This document shows, piece by piece, positions 11,210 to 22,185 of a stretch of 27,854 nt of DNA. The translations under genes were made by a program, and so were the position numbers. Under the pieces are notes generated by a model that ran no database searches, had not been told where the DNA came from, and worked only from the letters and a program-made list of their open reading frames with translations. Positions within the stretch are counted from its first letter, which is position 1. Each line of letters starts with the position of its first letter. Origin of the DNA: Lama guanicoe (Eukaryota); contig MU054220.1 of assembly GCA_013239625.1 (NCBI GenBank), positions 5,282,587 to 5,310,440 of the forward strand, written 5' to 3'.

Positions 11210-12000
11210 TATTCTTTTAAATGAAATAACTTTTAATCAAAGATATAGAAGTCCAATAGTTTTATGGATAAATAATACAAAATAGTCTGGTAAACTTCCA
11301 GTTCACATTACCCAGAGGTAAACATTTTTCTTTTAGATTTTTCTTTTGTTATTTATCTCCTTGTTCTTAAATATATTTGCTTCTATTTCCTGGTTTTGTC
11401 CTGTACCAGGTACTTTTCCTATCATCCGTTCAACATTAAAACAGGGATTGATAAACATTTTCTGTCAGGGACACACAGTAAACATTTTAGGCTTTGTGGG
11501 CCATATAGTTTCTGTTGCAACTACTTTGCCACTGTAGTGCAGAAGCAGTTATAGATGATGTATGTAGATGGGTGTAGCTTTATTTACAATAAAATTTTAT
11601 TTACAAAAACAGGTAGTGGGTTGGATTTCTCAACTCCTACTGTAAACCATATTGACTCTCCTTAAAAATAAGCTTCTCAAGATGAATGCATAGCATTCAG
11701 CTATACCTATTAATTTTAAAAAAGTATTCTCTATATGTATATTATGTTGTATGTGAAAATAAGTTCATAACTAACAGTTAATGATGCTGGTCAGATATGA
11801 CACTAGGTTCTCCAGTGATTTATTTCTTTGTGCTTTGAGTTTTGACTTGGACTCAGGATACTAGAATAGACTAGTACTAGATAATAAATAGACTTGCCAC
11901 TCAGCCTATGTTTGAATGCCTTGAGTTCTAGGTGCCAGATTTAATGATTAATAGTTCTCTAACCCTTCAAAAATTATTTACACACATCCCAAAGGAGAGT
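11210..12000 (-). mobile_element. Probable L1MC4/5-like 3' fragment, split by MER58A
   Basis: 'cccagaggtaaacattttt...tatttatctccttgttcttaaatatatttgcttctatttcctggtttt', resuming after 11640 with 'catattgactc'; similarity is weak. Confidence 0.4.
11442..11639 (-). mobile_element. MER58A hAT-Charlie MITE
   Basis: 'cagggattgataaacattttctgtcagggacacacagtaaacattttaggctttgtgggccata...aataaaattttatttacaaaaacaggtagtgggttggattt' matches the reverse complement of the MER58A consensus with both termini; flanks cattaaaa/ctgtaaac may be a decayed 8-bp TSD. Confidence 0.85.
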
Positions 12001-12029
12001 ATGCTATGTATCTGTTCTGCAAACCCGTT

Positions 12030-12102
12030 CCCTCCCTCCCTTCTTTCTTTCCTTCCTTCACTGCTTTCTTTTTTCCTTAACACCCTCTCTCTCTCTCTTC
12101 TC
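12030..12102. repeat. CT-rich low-complexity tract
   Basis: ccctccctcccttctttctttccttcc...ctctctctctctc. Confidence 0.8.
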
Positions 12103-12599
12103 CTGCAATTACTATATTCGATACCAGTACAAATGAGTTAAATTTATAGTTTCTTCATGAAAACATTATTTAACATAAAAAATGTAACATCCAAAATATA
12201 ATTTGGTTTTGAGAAAAATATTTTAGGTTGTAAATTTAATCTGCATGAGATCAGTTCACTAGAAAATTAAGCACATTTTCTGCTGAACATAATAATGAAT
12301 ATCATTGTCTGTATCACTCAAGCATAACTACAATATAATTATATTTAATACAATTAAATATATTTTCTACTAAAGGTCAACAGCAGAGCCTGTTGTTACA
12401 TTACTCAGTCAGAAATGCCATGTAATTAGGGTTCTGTAGCTAAGTGAGTTGTAGAAGAAACCAGACTCATTACCACTTCATAGAAACATTCCATTACATT
12501 CCGATTACAGATTGGAGGCCTTTCCCCCTTTTCCTTTTCATCATGTTTTCATCTCTTCTGAAAACTGATGACTACTGGAAGGATTATACCCTAATTTGG

Positions 12600-12990
12600 A
12601 GATCACAGATCAGTATAAAACCTGATTCTTCCTTAAATAGTACCATCCACTTCACAGTTGTCAGTATGGACTTCACCTTGGTGTCTCACTTAGTACTTCT
12701 ACCTGTTGGTTTCAAGTTGCAAATCCGGGAAAGAATAAAATACACTTTGGCCAGAGGAAATTTTGGCTTCACTATCGGTTCCTTCTGGATTGTAATGTCT
12801 TGCATCTGTTTTCCTGCCTCTCTCTTCCCCTTTGGTCTCTACCTCCTGTCTGCCTGGTTTGTTACATTTCTCAATAACCTAAAATATCTCAGATTCAATC
12901 TGTTGCAAGCATAGCTTCTTGTCATACATTCCTCTTTCTTTCTCTGAATACCTTCTCTTTACCTTTCTCCCTGTATCCTTACTTCTCTGC
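12600..12990 (+). mobile_element. Possible highly decayed L2 fragment
   Basis: 'aatatctcagattcaatctgttgcaagcatagcttctt' resembles L2 'catctcaaactcaacatgtccaaaactgaactc'; pyrimidine-rich + strand. Confidence 0.35.
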
Positions 12991-13152
12991 CAACCATAGT
13001 TTTGTGATTATTACTCATGATGAGAAAGAGGTTTAAAAAATTTCTAAGCAGAGTAAACTCTGAGGTTACCTTTATGTAGATTACATAGTATGTGTTTGTA
13101 TGTGTATGAATTATCTTGGTAGGTAGGTTAATCCACTGTCACTCAAGTAGAT

Positions 13153-13645
13153 GTGCATAATTGATTGTGTTACTGCTCCAAATTAATGGCTTCCTTGGAT
13201 CTATATTTTTGCCTTGTTATTTTTAATTTTTTTAAATCGTTTCCCACTCTGAGATTGGCCATGCAACTTGTTTTAGACAAAGGGATGTTAATAAGTATAA
13301 CAGAGGCTTGAAAATTTACTGTGCACTTCTATTTGCTTTTTGCACTATTGAGATTTCTCAGTCTTAGATCTCTGCCATGTCATGAGAATAAGCCTAGGCT
13401 GGCTTGCTGGAGGGAACTTATGGATAAAACTAAGCTTTATCTGTGCTGAGGCAATCCTAGGTTAGCTAATCCTTAATCTGACTGACCAGCTAACTGCAGA
13501 TGCATGTGTGCGCTCACGAAGATCAGCCAAGTATGGCTTAGAACAGTGGAACTATCTAAATGACACACACCCAACAGAAATAAATAAATATCTTAAACCA
13601 TGAAGTTTTAGGGTGATTTATTACTCAGCAGCAACTAACTGATAA
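13153..13645 (+). mobile_element. MLT1 (G/H-like) ERVL-MaLR solo LTR
   Basis: 'ttggccatgcaacttgttttagacaaagggatgtt...agaggcttgaaaa...ctctgccatgtcatgagaa...ccagctaactgcagatgcatg...ttaaaccatgaagttttagggtgatttattactcagcagcaactaactgata'. Confidence 0.75.
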
Positions 13646-13689
13646 AAATGGATTACCTATCCACATTTCAATTAATTTTAAAAAATAAG

Positions 13690-15752
13690 AAAAAAAACGA
13701 CTCTGCTTACGTATTTACAATTTCTGGTGTTATTTGTTACTTTGTATAGGTACAGATTTTTATTTAGCATCATTTTCTTTCTGTCTAAAGGACTTCCTTT
13801 AGCATTTCTTATAGCAATGACCTGTTGGCGATAAATTCTTTCAGCTTTTGTATATCAAAAAAAAAATCTTCACTTTGTCTTAATTATTAGAAAATACCTG
13901 CCAGTTTTTTCACCCAGTACTTTAAAGATGTTGCTCTACTGTTTTCTGGTTTGCATTATTTCTGGTAAGGAGTCTTCTGTTATTCTTATCTTTGTTCCTC
14001 TGTCCTCCCCTCTTTTTTTTCCCCTTTCTAGTTGACTTTAAGATTTTCTCTTTAAACTGGTTTTGAACAACGCAATTATGATAAACCCTGATTTAATCAT
14101 CTTCATATTTCTCATGCTTGAGTTTCACTGATGTCCTTGGATCTGTGGTTTTATAATTTTCATTAAATTGTGATAATATTTGGCTATTATTTCTTCAAAA
14201 TTTTTTTCTGTTTTTCTTATTTCTCCTTTCTCTCTGGACTCCAATTACATGCATTTTAGCCTGCTTTTATGTTTTCTCACAGCACACTAATTCTCTGTTC
14301 ATTTATTTTGTCTTTTTCCCCTCTGTACTATTTCATACAGTTTCAATTGTTATGTCTTCGAAGAGCACTGATCATTCTTCTGTATTGTCTAAATGCTATT
14401 AAGCCTATCAAGTAAATTTGTTCTTTAAGATATTGAATTTTTCATCTCTAAATTATTGATTTTTATATGCCATATCTCTTATTATGCTCACTTTGCTCAA
14501 GCTTCTAGAACATATGAGGTATATTTAATAGCTGCTTTGTTGTCATTGTTTCTGCTAATTTTATCATCTGTGTCATTTCTTGGTCTCTCTATATTGATTG
14601 ATTTTTCTCTCATTATGATTTATATTTCCCTGCTTTGTTGCATGCCTAGTAATTGTTGATCGATGCCAGGCATTGTAAATTTTACTTTGTAGGGTATTTG
14701 GAGTTTTTATATTTTCTTAAGTATTTTGGGAGCTTTGTTATAGAATGCAGAAGTTAGGTGAGTTGAAAATAATTTGGTCCTTTTGAATCTTGTTTTCAAG
14801 CTGTTAGGCAATTTCTCCATGGCTAATTTGGCCCTGTCTTGACGTAATACTCTTCTGAGGACTCTACTTGATACCCCATGTATTTTGAAGTAGGAATAAA
14901 AACTATTCTTGGCTCTGTGTGAGCTCCACCAACTATTACATCTGACCCTTCTGATGATTCTTTCTTATGCCTTGCATAGATTCTCACATGCTGTTGATAG
15001 TCATTACTCAGATGAAGATTCATTAGGTACTCTTTGCAGATCTCTGGAATTCTCTTTCTACAGCTCTCTCTCTCTCTCTCTTTTTTTTTTTTCCTGATTA
15101 TTTACCTTTTAAATTCTAGCTACTGTATACTCCTTGAATTCTGAACTGCCTTCTCAACTTAGGAACTTTACCAGGCTTTATTAATGTCATTCAGTAAGTG
15201 GGGACAATTATTGATGCTTTGGATGGAACGTTTGTGTCTCAGCAAAATCCATATGTTGAAGCTCTGACTTGCAATGTGACAGTATTTGGAGATGCGGTCT
15301 TTGGAAGGTACTTAGGTTTAGATGAAGTCATGAGAGTAGGCTCCCCTGATGGAATTAGTGATCTTGTAAGTAAAGGAAGAGATCTCTCCCTCTCTCTTCC
15401 TTGTGAGGACACAGCATGAAAGTGGCTGTCTGCAAGTCAGAAAGAGGGCCCTTACCAGAGCTCAACCATGCTGGCAACCTGATCTTGGACTTCCAGCCTC
15501 AAGAACTGTGAGAAATACATTTCCGTTCTTTAAGCCATTCAGTCTGTAGTATTTTGTTATAGCCACTCAAGCTGACTAATAGAGTTGGTCTCACCTTATT
15601 TATTTCCCTTTTTTAGGACCAATAGTCACCTTGCCTGTTGTCCAGTGTGTGAAAAATGTTGTTTCTATATTTTGTCTATCTTTTTTTAATTGTTTAAGGT
15701 AGGAAGATAAATATGTTCCCTGTTACTCCTTCATGGATGGAAGCAGAAGTCT
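13690..15752 (-). mobile_element. Old L1 (L1MC/MD-class) 5' part (5'UTR + ORF1 region), interrupted by MLT1A
   Basis: Antisense ORF1-region signatures 'ggacttcctttagcatttctt...aaattctttcagctttt' and 'agtactttaaagatgttgctctactgttttctgg'. The minus strand from 15752 reads 'gagacttctgcttccatccatgaaggagtaacaggga...', resembling the extreme 5' end of L1MC/MD. Confidence 0.85.
15215..15583 (+). mobile_element. MLT1A/A0 ERVL-MaLR solo LTR, essentially full length
   Basis: Colinear with the MLT1A consensus from 'tgctttggatggaacgtttgtgtctc' to 'gtattttgttatagccactcaagctgactaataga'; flanks attga/gttgg may be a decayed 5-bp TSD. Confidence 0.9.
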
Positions 15753-18052
15753 CTTCTGATTATATTTTGTTGAGCAAATGCAAATTCATTGTAATAAAAA
15801 TTGTGTTGAACTGATGTTAATTATGAAGATGTCTAAGAAGTTAGAAACTTTTAGATCTGACACTTTTTTCTTCTCCTCAACTTACATTGATTTGAATGGC
15901 ATAAAATCTTTTTCTTAAATTCGTATCAGCTAATTGAATTAAAATATTATTCTTGAATAAAATTCATTCTTCCTCCTATTTGGTATAGAAATTGGAGATT
16001 TTCAAAGATTCTTGGGATACCAGGGGTCTTGTTACGAACTATGGAGAAACTAGAGGATTATAAAGTACTGCATAGTTCCTGTGACATGGAGGATACCATG
16101 AAGTCAGTAAATTCCCTTAACATTTTGGCAAATAGATTCATTTGTTATTTTATTTCTCACTGAATCCTAGGGACTAGAGTTATCATATCAGAAAGTAAGT
16201 CCTGGTTAGTTGTAACTTTAATGATAAATAATGCATTCCCAGGCCAAACAGTAATGCTTGTACCATTTCCTGCAGTTTAAAATTATTCCCACCTCTTTTC
16301 TTTTCCCTAATAATAGAAAAGTAAGTATTGTGTTTATCAAGTTTTCTTTAAGCAGAAGTTCAGCAGTCAAAAATAAGGCCTTCAGTACAATCCTTCCAAG
16401 ACAGATTGGAGGAGACAGAAAAAAAATGAGAAGGTTTTTACTGAAATTACATTTTCATTTTTCATGTAGAGAGAAGACATCTTTTAGACATTGCTTTAGA
16501 TCTCTGAGGATGATTGTATATTAGAGGTCTTCAAATGTGTTTTTTTTTAAACTCCCCTGAAGGGGTTTGAGTGAGAGTAAGCAATCTGATAGAATTCTCA
16601 TGCATTCACATCCCAGACTCTGCCTAACTTTAGAAGAAGGCTGTCTTCCTGACACCTTTCACAGCCCTTAAACAATTTATGATCTGAGAGATGATGAAAA
16701 GAAGCAACTGTGCAGACAAAGACTTTGGGCTTCAGGCATTGACTGGCTACTCTTAGTGTCCCCTTTCAATTCTGCCATTTTTCAGAGTTTTGTTTGGTAT
16801 TTGATTCAGCTTTTCAGAGACTTAATAGCCTTTCAATAACCAGTGTAAGAAAAGGAATGTGGCCAGGATTGACTGTGTTTGTGCTGGCTGGACTTAAAGG
16901 CACATGAAACCTCCTGCCTCACCTAGCACTTTAACCCTTTGTAGTAAAAATACCATGACCTCTTGTTACAAATCAAGCTAACCTATATAACCAGTTCCAG
17001 ATAAAGGGGGACAGATTTATTTGTAGCTCATTGTAACCGTCGTTACATTTCTCTGAGCTTTGATATTTGGAGAAAGTTGAGAGAATCCAAAGGAACAGGA
17101 AATCATAGTGTGATAAATTCAGAAGGCGCTACCACTTCAGTGCTTTGATTTCATCCCTCCCTGAATTCCAGGGTTCTTGATCTGGATCTCATTTAGCCAC
17201 ACTAATACTTTGCCCTTTTCTCCAGTCCTCACAGATACAACAGCCTTGCTCTCTAACAGTTGTGCCAACATTTTTTTTTCTGTCTCACTAGGAACACCAA
17301 ATGATAAATCAAGAGAGGCAAGCTATTTTTTCTCTTCCTTTTCTTCCGTGGGAAGTGAAACGTCAGCTACTTAGGACAGATTTTGTTAATAGTTCTTCAT
17401 ATGCCTTTATTTATTCTAGATAATTGAGATTTGATGATTTGTTCTAATGAATCTGATTGGAAAAATACATGTAGCTACATAAATGTTGAGCCATATATGA
17501 GCATACAATATATGTTGAGTAATATTCCTTTATTGATGATAATTCCACATGGTATTGAGTGACATCAAGCTCATATACATGAAACAGTGGTCTGCAGTGT
17601 CTAATTTCTGCAGAAAACCACAAGAATGTCTTAAAATGAAGGGGAGCTTACATTGACAGGGAAGAAAATAGTGTGTGGAAAAAGGAGACAAGTTTTATTT
17701 TAGTGATTGTGCAGCTACAATTCATATTTCACATAAATAAGTTCTTGGGTTCAATGAGTACAGCAATGTTCGGGTAATTGACTTCTTCAAGAATGCAAAT
17801 TAATAGCAATACAGAGTATTGAGTAAACATTAAAACCCAACAATATGAAGGAGATTAAAATACAACAGTAAAACAGACTAATAATCCTGTTTGAGAAAGT
17901 AATCATTGTAGAAGACAGAAATAAACAATGTGAATTTATACAAGAGCCTCTCTATGTCCCCACTAAAAGGGAGCCCGATCTTCTACAATTATTTTCTTGA
18001 TGAATGATTAACTATTTGTCTTCACATATCTGAATATATCCTCATGAATTTG

Positions 18053-18700
18053 TGTTGGGATCAAGAATCTGCACATATTACGGCTTAGATATATGAGAAC
18101 ATTTAGTTTTCTTGATTTTCTAAAATGAATTAACTCACATATGAACCCTATCTCACTGGGTAGAAGGATTCTGTGTTTGTGTGTGTTGGTAGGGGATTTA
18201 GAAGGCAACGTATTTATTAGGAAGCTGGATGAAAATCTGAAATTTACCAGTTAGTGAGGGTATTTTGGTCTCTTTCAGTTGAACAGTCCCTTTTAGATTT
18301 TTCAGTATGTTCACTACACTCGGTCTTTCAGATTACCTTTCTCTTTTCTTGCTTTTCTCCAAGTTGATATCTGGAAACTGAAAGGAGATTTATGTTATTC
18401 TGTGGTATTGGAGGAGAGAGTGGCCTGATATCTATCAATCATCCCACTGATTCTTACTGATTTTGGTTGTCCTGGTCTCCTGCTGATATTGTCTGGCCTT
18501 TTGAGACATTACAGTGATACATCTGAATGGAGGCTATGGTTGGGGCCATTTCCCCCCATTTACAATGACTCTGCTCGCTGTGGTCTCTTTCTTCCAGCCC
18601 CAGGTCTTTGATATTTTGCTTGTCTATTCTGCTCCTCTGTGTTTTCTCAGTGGAACATGTGACCATTTTTGGATCATCCTCATGTTATTCATAGGCTATG
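18053..18700 (-). mobile_element. Probable ancient Gypsy-type LTR (MamGypLTR / LTR85-88 class); right boundary uncertain
   Basis: Minus strand reads 'gggactgttcaactgaaagagacc...cccagtgagatagggttca...ttaattcattttagaaaatcaagaaa...atgttctcatatatctaag...gcagattcttgatcccaaca', ending in CA and resembling the remembered MamGypLTR 3' end. Confidence 0.45.
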
Positions 18701-19224
18701 AAAGCCAAGGGCTTGCGCTGCTTCGAACACATATACTCAGCATAATATATCTGTTTCTGATGAACTACATTTTACAGCATGTTGAATGTAGTTGGGACTT
18801 CTAGAGACTTACAGCCTCCTGCAAGCTGACCTGGTGGATCCTGTCATTATCCCTCCAGTGCTGGAGATCTCCCACGGCTACTGTGGTACTTCCGTCCCTT
18901 TCTTCCTATGGTTCCATTCTAATGAGGGGAATGTGAAGACCTGTGCATGTGACCTCTTCACTTTCCCTTTCTATCTCTTCTCATGTTCTCTAGGGCCAAT
19001 GGAGATTATTTTTCTTCTTCTTTATCTCTGGCAAGGACTTCTATATACACATTCTACTTCTGCCTCTTTGCCTAAGTCTTTAATGGCAAAGGGATTCTGG
19101 GGTTACTGGCTTACTGATGAAGGAAGACTTAAAAATAATATCTCCATCACTCATGGAATACATGGTTTAGGAGCAAGAAAAATCTGTATTGAGAGTCCTT
19201 TCCAAAACAAAGCAGAGAATAAGT

Positions 19225-19780
19225 AAATAAATATCCAGCCAATATAGGACTCTTTCCTACAGTGTACCTGACAGGTGATCATTCAGCTTTTACTTGAGTC
19301 TCTCTCATGACCAACTGTTTCTTGCTCTGTGGCTCAGTCCATTTGGAGTTGGACAGTTATATTTATTCTCATGCATTATGTGACCATAATAGGTTGTAAA
19401 GGACCTGAGAGCAGGGACTTATATTAGTTTTCTTTGCATTCTCCACAGGTCCAAAATAATGTTTATATGTAAACTGCTCTCCATAACAATTTGCTGAAAT
19501 AATGAATGAATTCTGTTGAGGTACATTCTGCCACTATAATTCTTATCTCTTGGCCTTGGTTTTGATCTTCAGTACTATAGTTTGACAATCTTTCAGATAC
19601 CTGTAGGCAGATATTATATTTTATTTAAGCCTTTTTTGGGCAGGCCAAGTATTTCTCTTTCCTTCAGTTGCCCTCAAGATGATTTCTACACCATTCTGGT
19701 CACTTTAATTTGAATTTTTTAAACAGAAAAGCAGAGCATAGCTCTGTGGTCATATCAAGTGGCATGATCTATTACTATCA
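19225..19780 (-). mobile_element. L3/CR1 LINE fragment interrupted by L2
   Basis: 'cctgacaggtgatcattcagcttttacttgagtctctc...ttggacagtt', then after 19511 'ttgaggtacattctgcc...tgacaatctttcagatacctgtaggcagatattat...caggccaag...ttccttcagttgccctca...ccattctggtcac', colinear with antisense L3. Confidence 0.65.
19380..19511 (+). mobile_element. L2 3' terminus inserted in L3
   Basis: 'taggttgtaaaggacctgagagcagggactt...acaatttgctgaaataatgaatgaat'. Confidence 0.65.
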
Positions 19781-20019
19781 GAAAGCATAGCAGAGAGGTT
19801 CAAAGAGAAGAGGAAACATTTTACATATATATTAAAGAAAGAGGCTTGGAAAAATAAGTTCTCTAGTAAATAAAGAACAGCATGAATTTAATGCTGAGTC
19901 TAGAATGTATATTTGGAGATTAATAAAACATTTCATATAGCCTCTCAAGAAATTTTACTTGCAAATTCGAATGAAATTGGCTTGGCTAAAAACAGAATCC
20001 CGTTGTCTCAAAAAATCAC

Positions 20020-20250
20020 TTAGAAGTCTGTTATCAAAGGGTAATGAGAAGTAGCAGGGATTCTGGTTTGGGGCAGTATCCAGTAACCACTGGATAGGGT
20101 CTGAGAGAAGGTAGAGAAGGTCCTATGTTCTGTGAATATTTGGAAGGATGAAGTAAAGAGTAAGTAAAAGCATTGAATAACTTCTCTTGAACAATTCAGA
20201 GCTGCAAGCGTGAGCAAATACGGAGGTGAAACAGAAAGGAGGCTAGTAAG
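20020..20250 (-). mobile_element. Possible L2 fragment
   Basis: Purine-rich 'gagagaagg...aatatttggaagg' and 'aataacttctcttgaacaattcagagctgcaag'. Confidence 0.35.
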
Positions 20251-20564
20251 ACATAATAAGAGTAGAAAGCCATAAATTCAAATGCACAACATGACAATTC
20301 AAACTGCCTCAAGACTTTGCTTAATGCTGGGATTCAGCACTCCCTGCTTGGTTTGTTGTGGTTTAATGGACTGTCTGTTCAATGAGTGTTAAAAGTATGA
20401 GTGTTAAGAGTCTGGTTCAGACAGGTCAGAACCTCCAAAATGAAACATTTTTTTTAACTCACTTATAGTATCTGATTTGGTGCCTCTGGTAATCTCAGGA
20501 CTTTTTCTAAAATGTTAAAATCAATAGCAGTAATAAAAAGTACTCGAGTTTTCTTCATTAGACC

Positions 20565-20683
20565 ATTTTTCTTTTTCTTTTCTTCTTATATATTTTTTTT
20601 AAGAAGGTACTGAGAATTAACCCAGGACCTCGTGCATGCTAAACATGCACCCTACCACTGAGCTATTTCCCTCCTCCCTGCCC
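20565..20683 (-). mobile_element. tRNA-Ala-derived SINE, camelid Vic-1 type, with target-site duplication
   Basis: Minus strand 'gagggaaatagctcagtggtagggtgcatgtttagcatgcacgaggtcctgggttaattctcagtaccttc' plus A-rich tail. A-box intact, B-box damaged. TSD cttcattagacc (20553-20564) / cttcactagacc (20684-20695). Confidence 0.85.
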
Positions 20684-21027
20684 CTTCACTAGACCTTGAT
20701 GTGTTCTTTAGGATCTCATAAAATCTTTGCATCCTTGATTTACTTTGGCAATGTGGAGCTAAAGCTCTGAATATTTCTTTCAGCTCTTATTTATAATGCT
20801 TCCCAGGCTCAGCATCAAATGACTGTTGACTTCTTTATACTTGCTTGTCCCTGGATACACTGTTGTACTTGAAATTTTCACATTCCTTTCTCAAAGGTAC
20901 TGGCTTCCATTAACTCATGTTTTGGAGAACTGTTTCTTTGAAATACTTATATGATTTTAAAACTGGCTAAAAAGTTGGGGAAAATTTGACATTTAGCTGA
21001 TTGTAAGATTTGTGATGTTCTTTGTCT

Positions 21028-21153
21028 GAGATGACCACATAATTTGTTGTTCAAATTAGGATACATTTGAGAGAGAAAGGGGATACTACCATTGGAACAC
21101 TGAGCTACTTGGACAACAGGCAGTAACTGACATTGTCCTGGGAAAACTAGTCA
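21028..21153 (+). mobile_element. MER94 hAT-Blackjack MITE
   Basis: 'gatgaccacataatttgttgttcaaattaggatacatttgagagagaaaggggatact...ggacaacaggcagtaactgacattgtcctgggaaaact', colinear with the MER94 consensus. Confidence 0.75.
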
Positions 21154-21539
21154 ATTATCTTTGATGAATGGAATGCACCCCTCTCAGTACTTTGTGGTTT
21201 GTACCAGCAGCTAGAGGCCTTTAGGTTCTGAGGGAAGACGAGAAACTTTTCTAGGTTGTTTGTTTCTACCTTTCAAACAACATGAATGCAATAAATTATG
21301 TTTTGGAAAATTGTTTCCCAGTTTTTAACTCTCTAATATCCTTTGCTTACAATAGAGCTTGAATTGCATATTTAACCTGTGTATTATGGTGGACTGGAAT
21401 CCCAGCAAACTCCCACAGGTGGGAATTGAAGAAATATAATGTTGTGATGATATCTGGGAGATGGATGACTGAGATGAAGGCTGTAGAGTAGGGTTCATCT
21501 TGGCAAATAAGATCTAAAAGTACAGCTTAACGTCAGGGC

Positions 21540-21812
21540 AAAGATGATCTGTCTGTATACTGACACGTGAAAGGATCTTGCCTTAGGAGTGTATGTACAT
21601 GAACGTGATTAGTGTAAAAAACTGTTTAATTCAAATCACAATGCAAAGCCTAAGGATAAGCACTAAATAGAGTAGTGACAATACATTTTTATTTCACTTT
21701 GAATGTATATGTACATATTGGCATTTACATTTTAATCCCTCTGAGTGTGCCACCAAAAATTCTTGTATTTTTGGCCTTGAAAGTCATTAAGACAATAAGG
21801 CTGAGAACCATA
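21540..21812. mobile_element. Possible hAT-Charlie remnant
   Basis: AT-rich body ending 'gtgtgccaccaaaaatt...aaggctgagaacca', a Charlie-like terminus. Confidence 0.3.
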
Positions 21813-22009
21813 ATGAATTTGATGCAGTAAACCAGTCACCAAAGTGCGAGATTAAAGGCCAAAAAGAGTGTTTGGAGGTAGGGCTTACCATGATTTTGGG
21901 CAAAGGCTTGTGCTTTTTCACTCTGAGCAAACAAGCAGGATCTTGAGGGAAACACGAGACTACCAGATGCCTTAGGGTTTCACAGGGGACACAGTGATAT
22001 TTGCTAATG

Positions 22010-22185
22010 TGTGAAGTGTATTGAGCATTAACTGAAGGGCCTGCTGTATGTACTTAGGCTAATGAAGATACCCTCACAATGCAGGACAGAACATATGCTG
22101 TGTGGGGACCGTGGGGAGACACCCTGGTCCAATAGTCTCTGAAGACACAAAAGGACAGTCAATCTGCTTAGGCAGCTGCTTCCAT
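22010..22185 (-). mobile_element. Possible L2 3' fragment
   Basis: 'gtattgagcattaactg...ccctcacaatgc...gaagacacaaaaggacagtcaatctgcttagg'. Confidence 0.35.

Noticed and set aside
12444..12914. Longest ORF in the track (156 aa)
   Set aside because: Starts at GTG, has the F/L/S/I-rich composition expected from pyrimidine-rich noncoding DNA, overlaps a probable L2 remnant and resembles no protein I know
1..15752. Minus-strand L1 pieces at 1-1380 and 13690-15752 as one element split by 12 kb
   Set aside because: They are roughly colinear, but the gap contains MIR and L2 copies that should mostly predate the L1; independent insertions are simpler
18454..19226. Three overlapping ORFs (70, 96 and 144 aa)
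   Set aside because: Lie in or next to probable LTR-derived sequence; the two + strand ORFs start at GTG/TTG; no recognisable domains
20077..20096. Hairpin tatccagt-aacc-actggata
   Set aside because: A few 8-bp stems are expected by chance in 28 kb, and there is no supporting context
20382..20411. 15-bp tandem duplication (similar ones at 2472-2502 and 4067-4088)
   Set aside because: Two-copy slippage duplications without spacers; not CRISPR-like or array-like
20600..20675. tRNA-Ala gene
   Set aside because: Damaged B-box/T-arm and acceptor stem, plus an A-rich tail and TSD, identify it as a SINE copy
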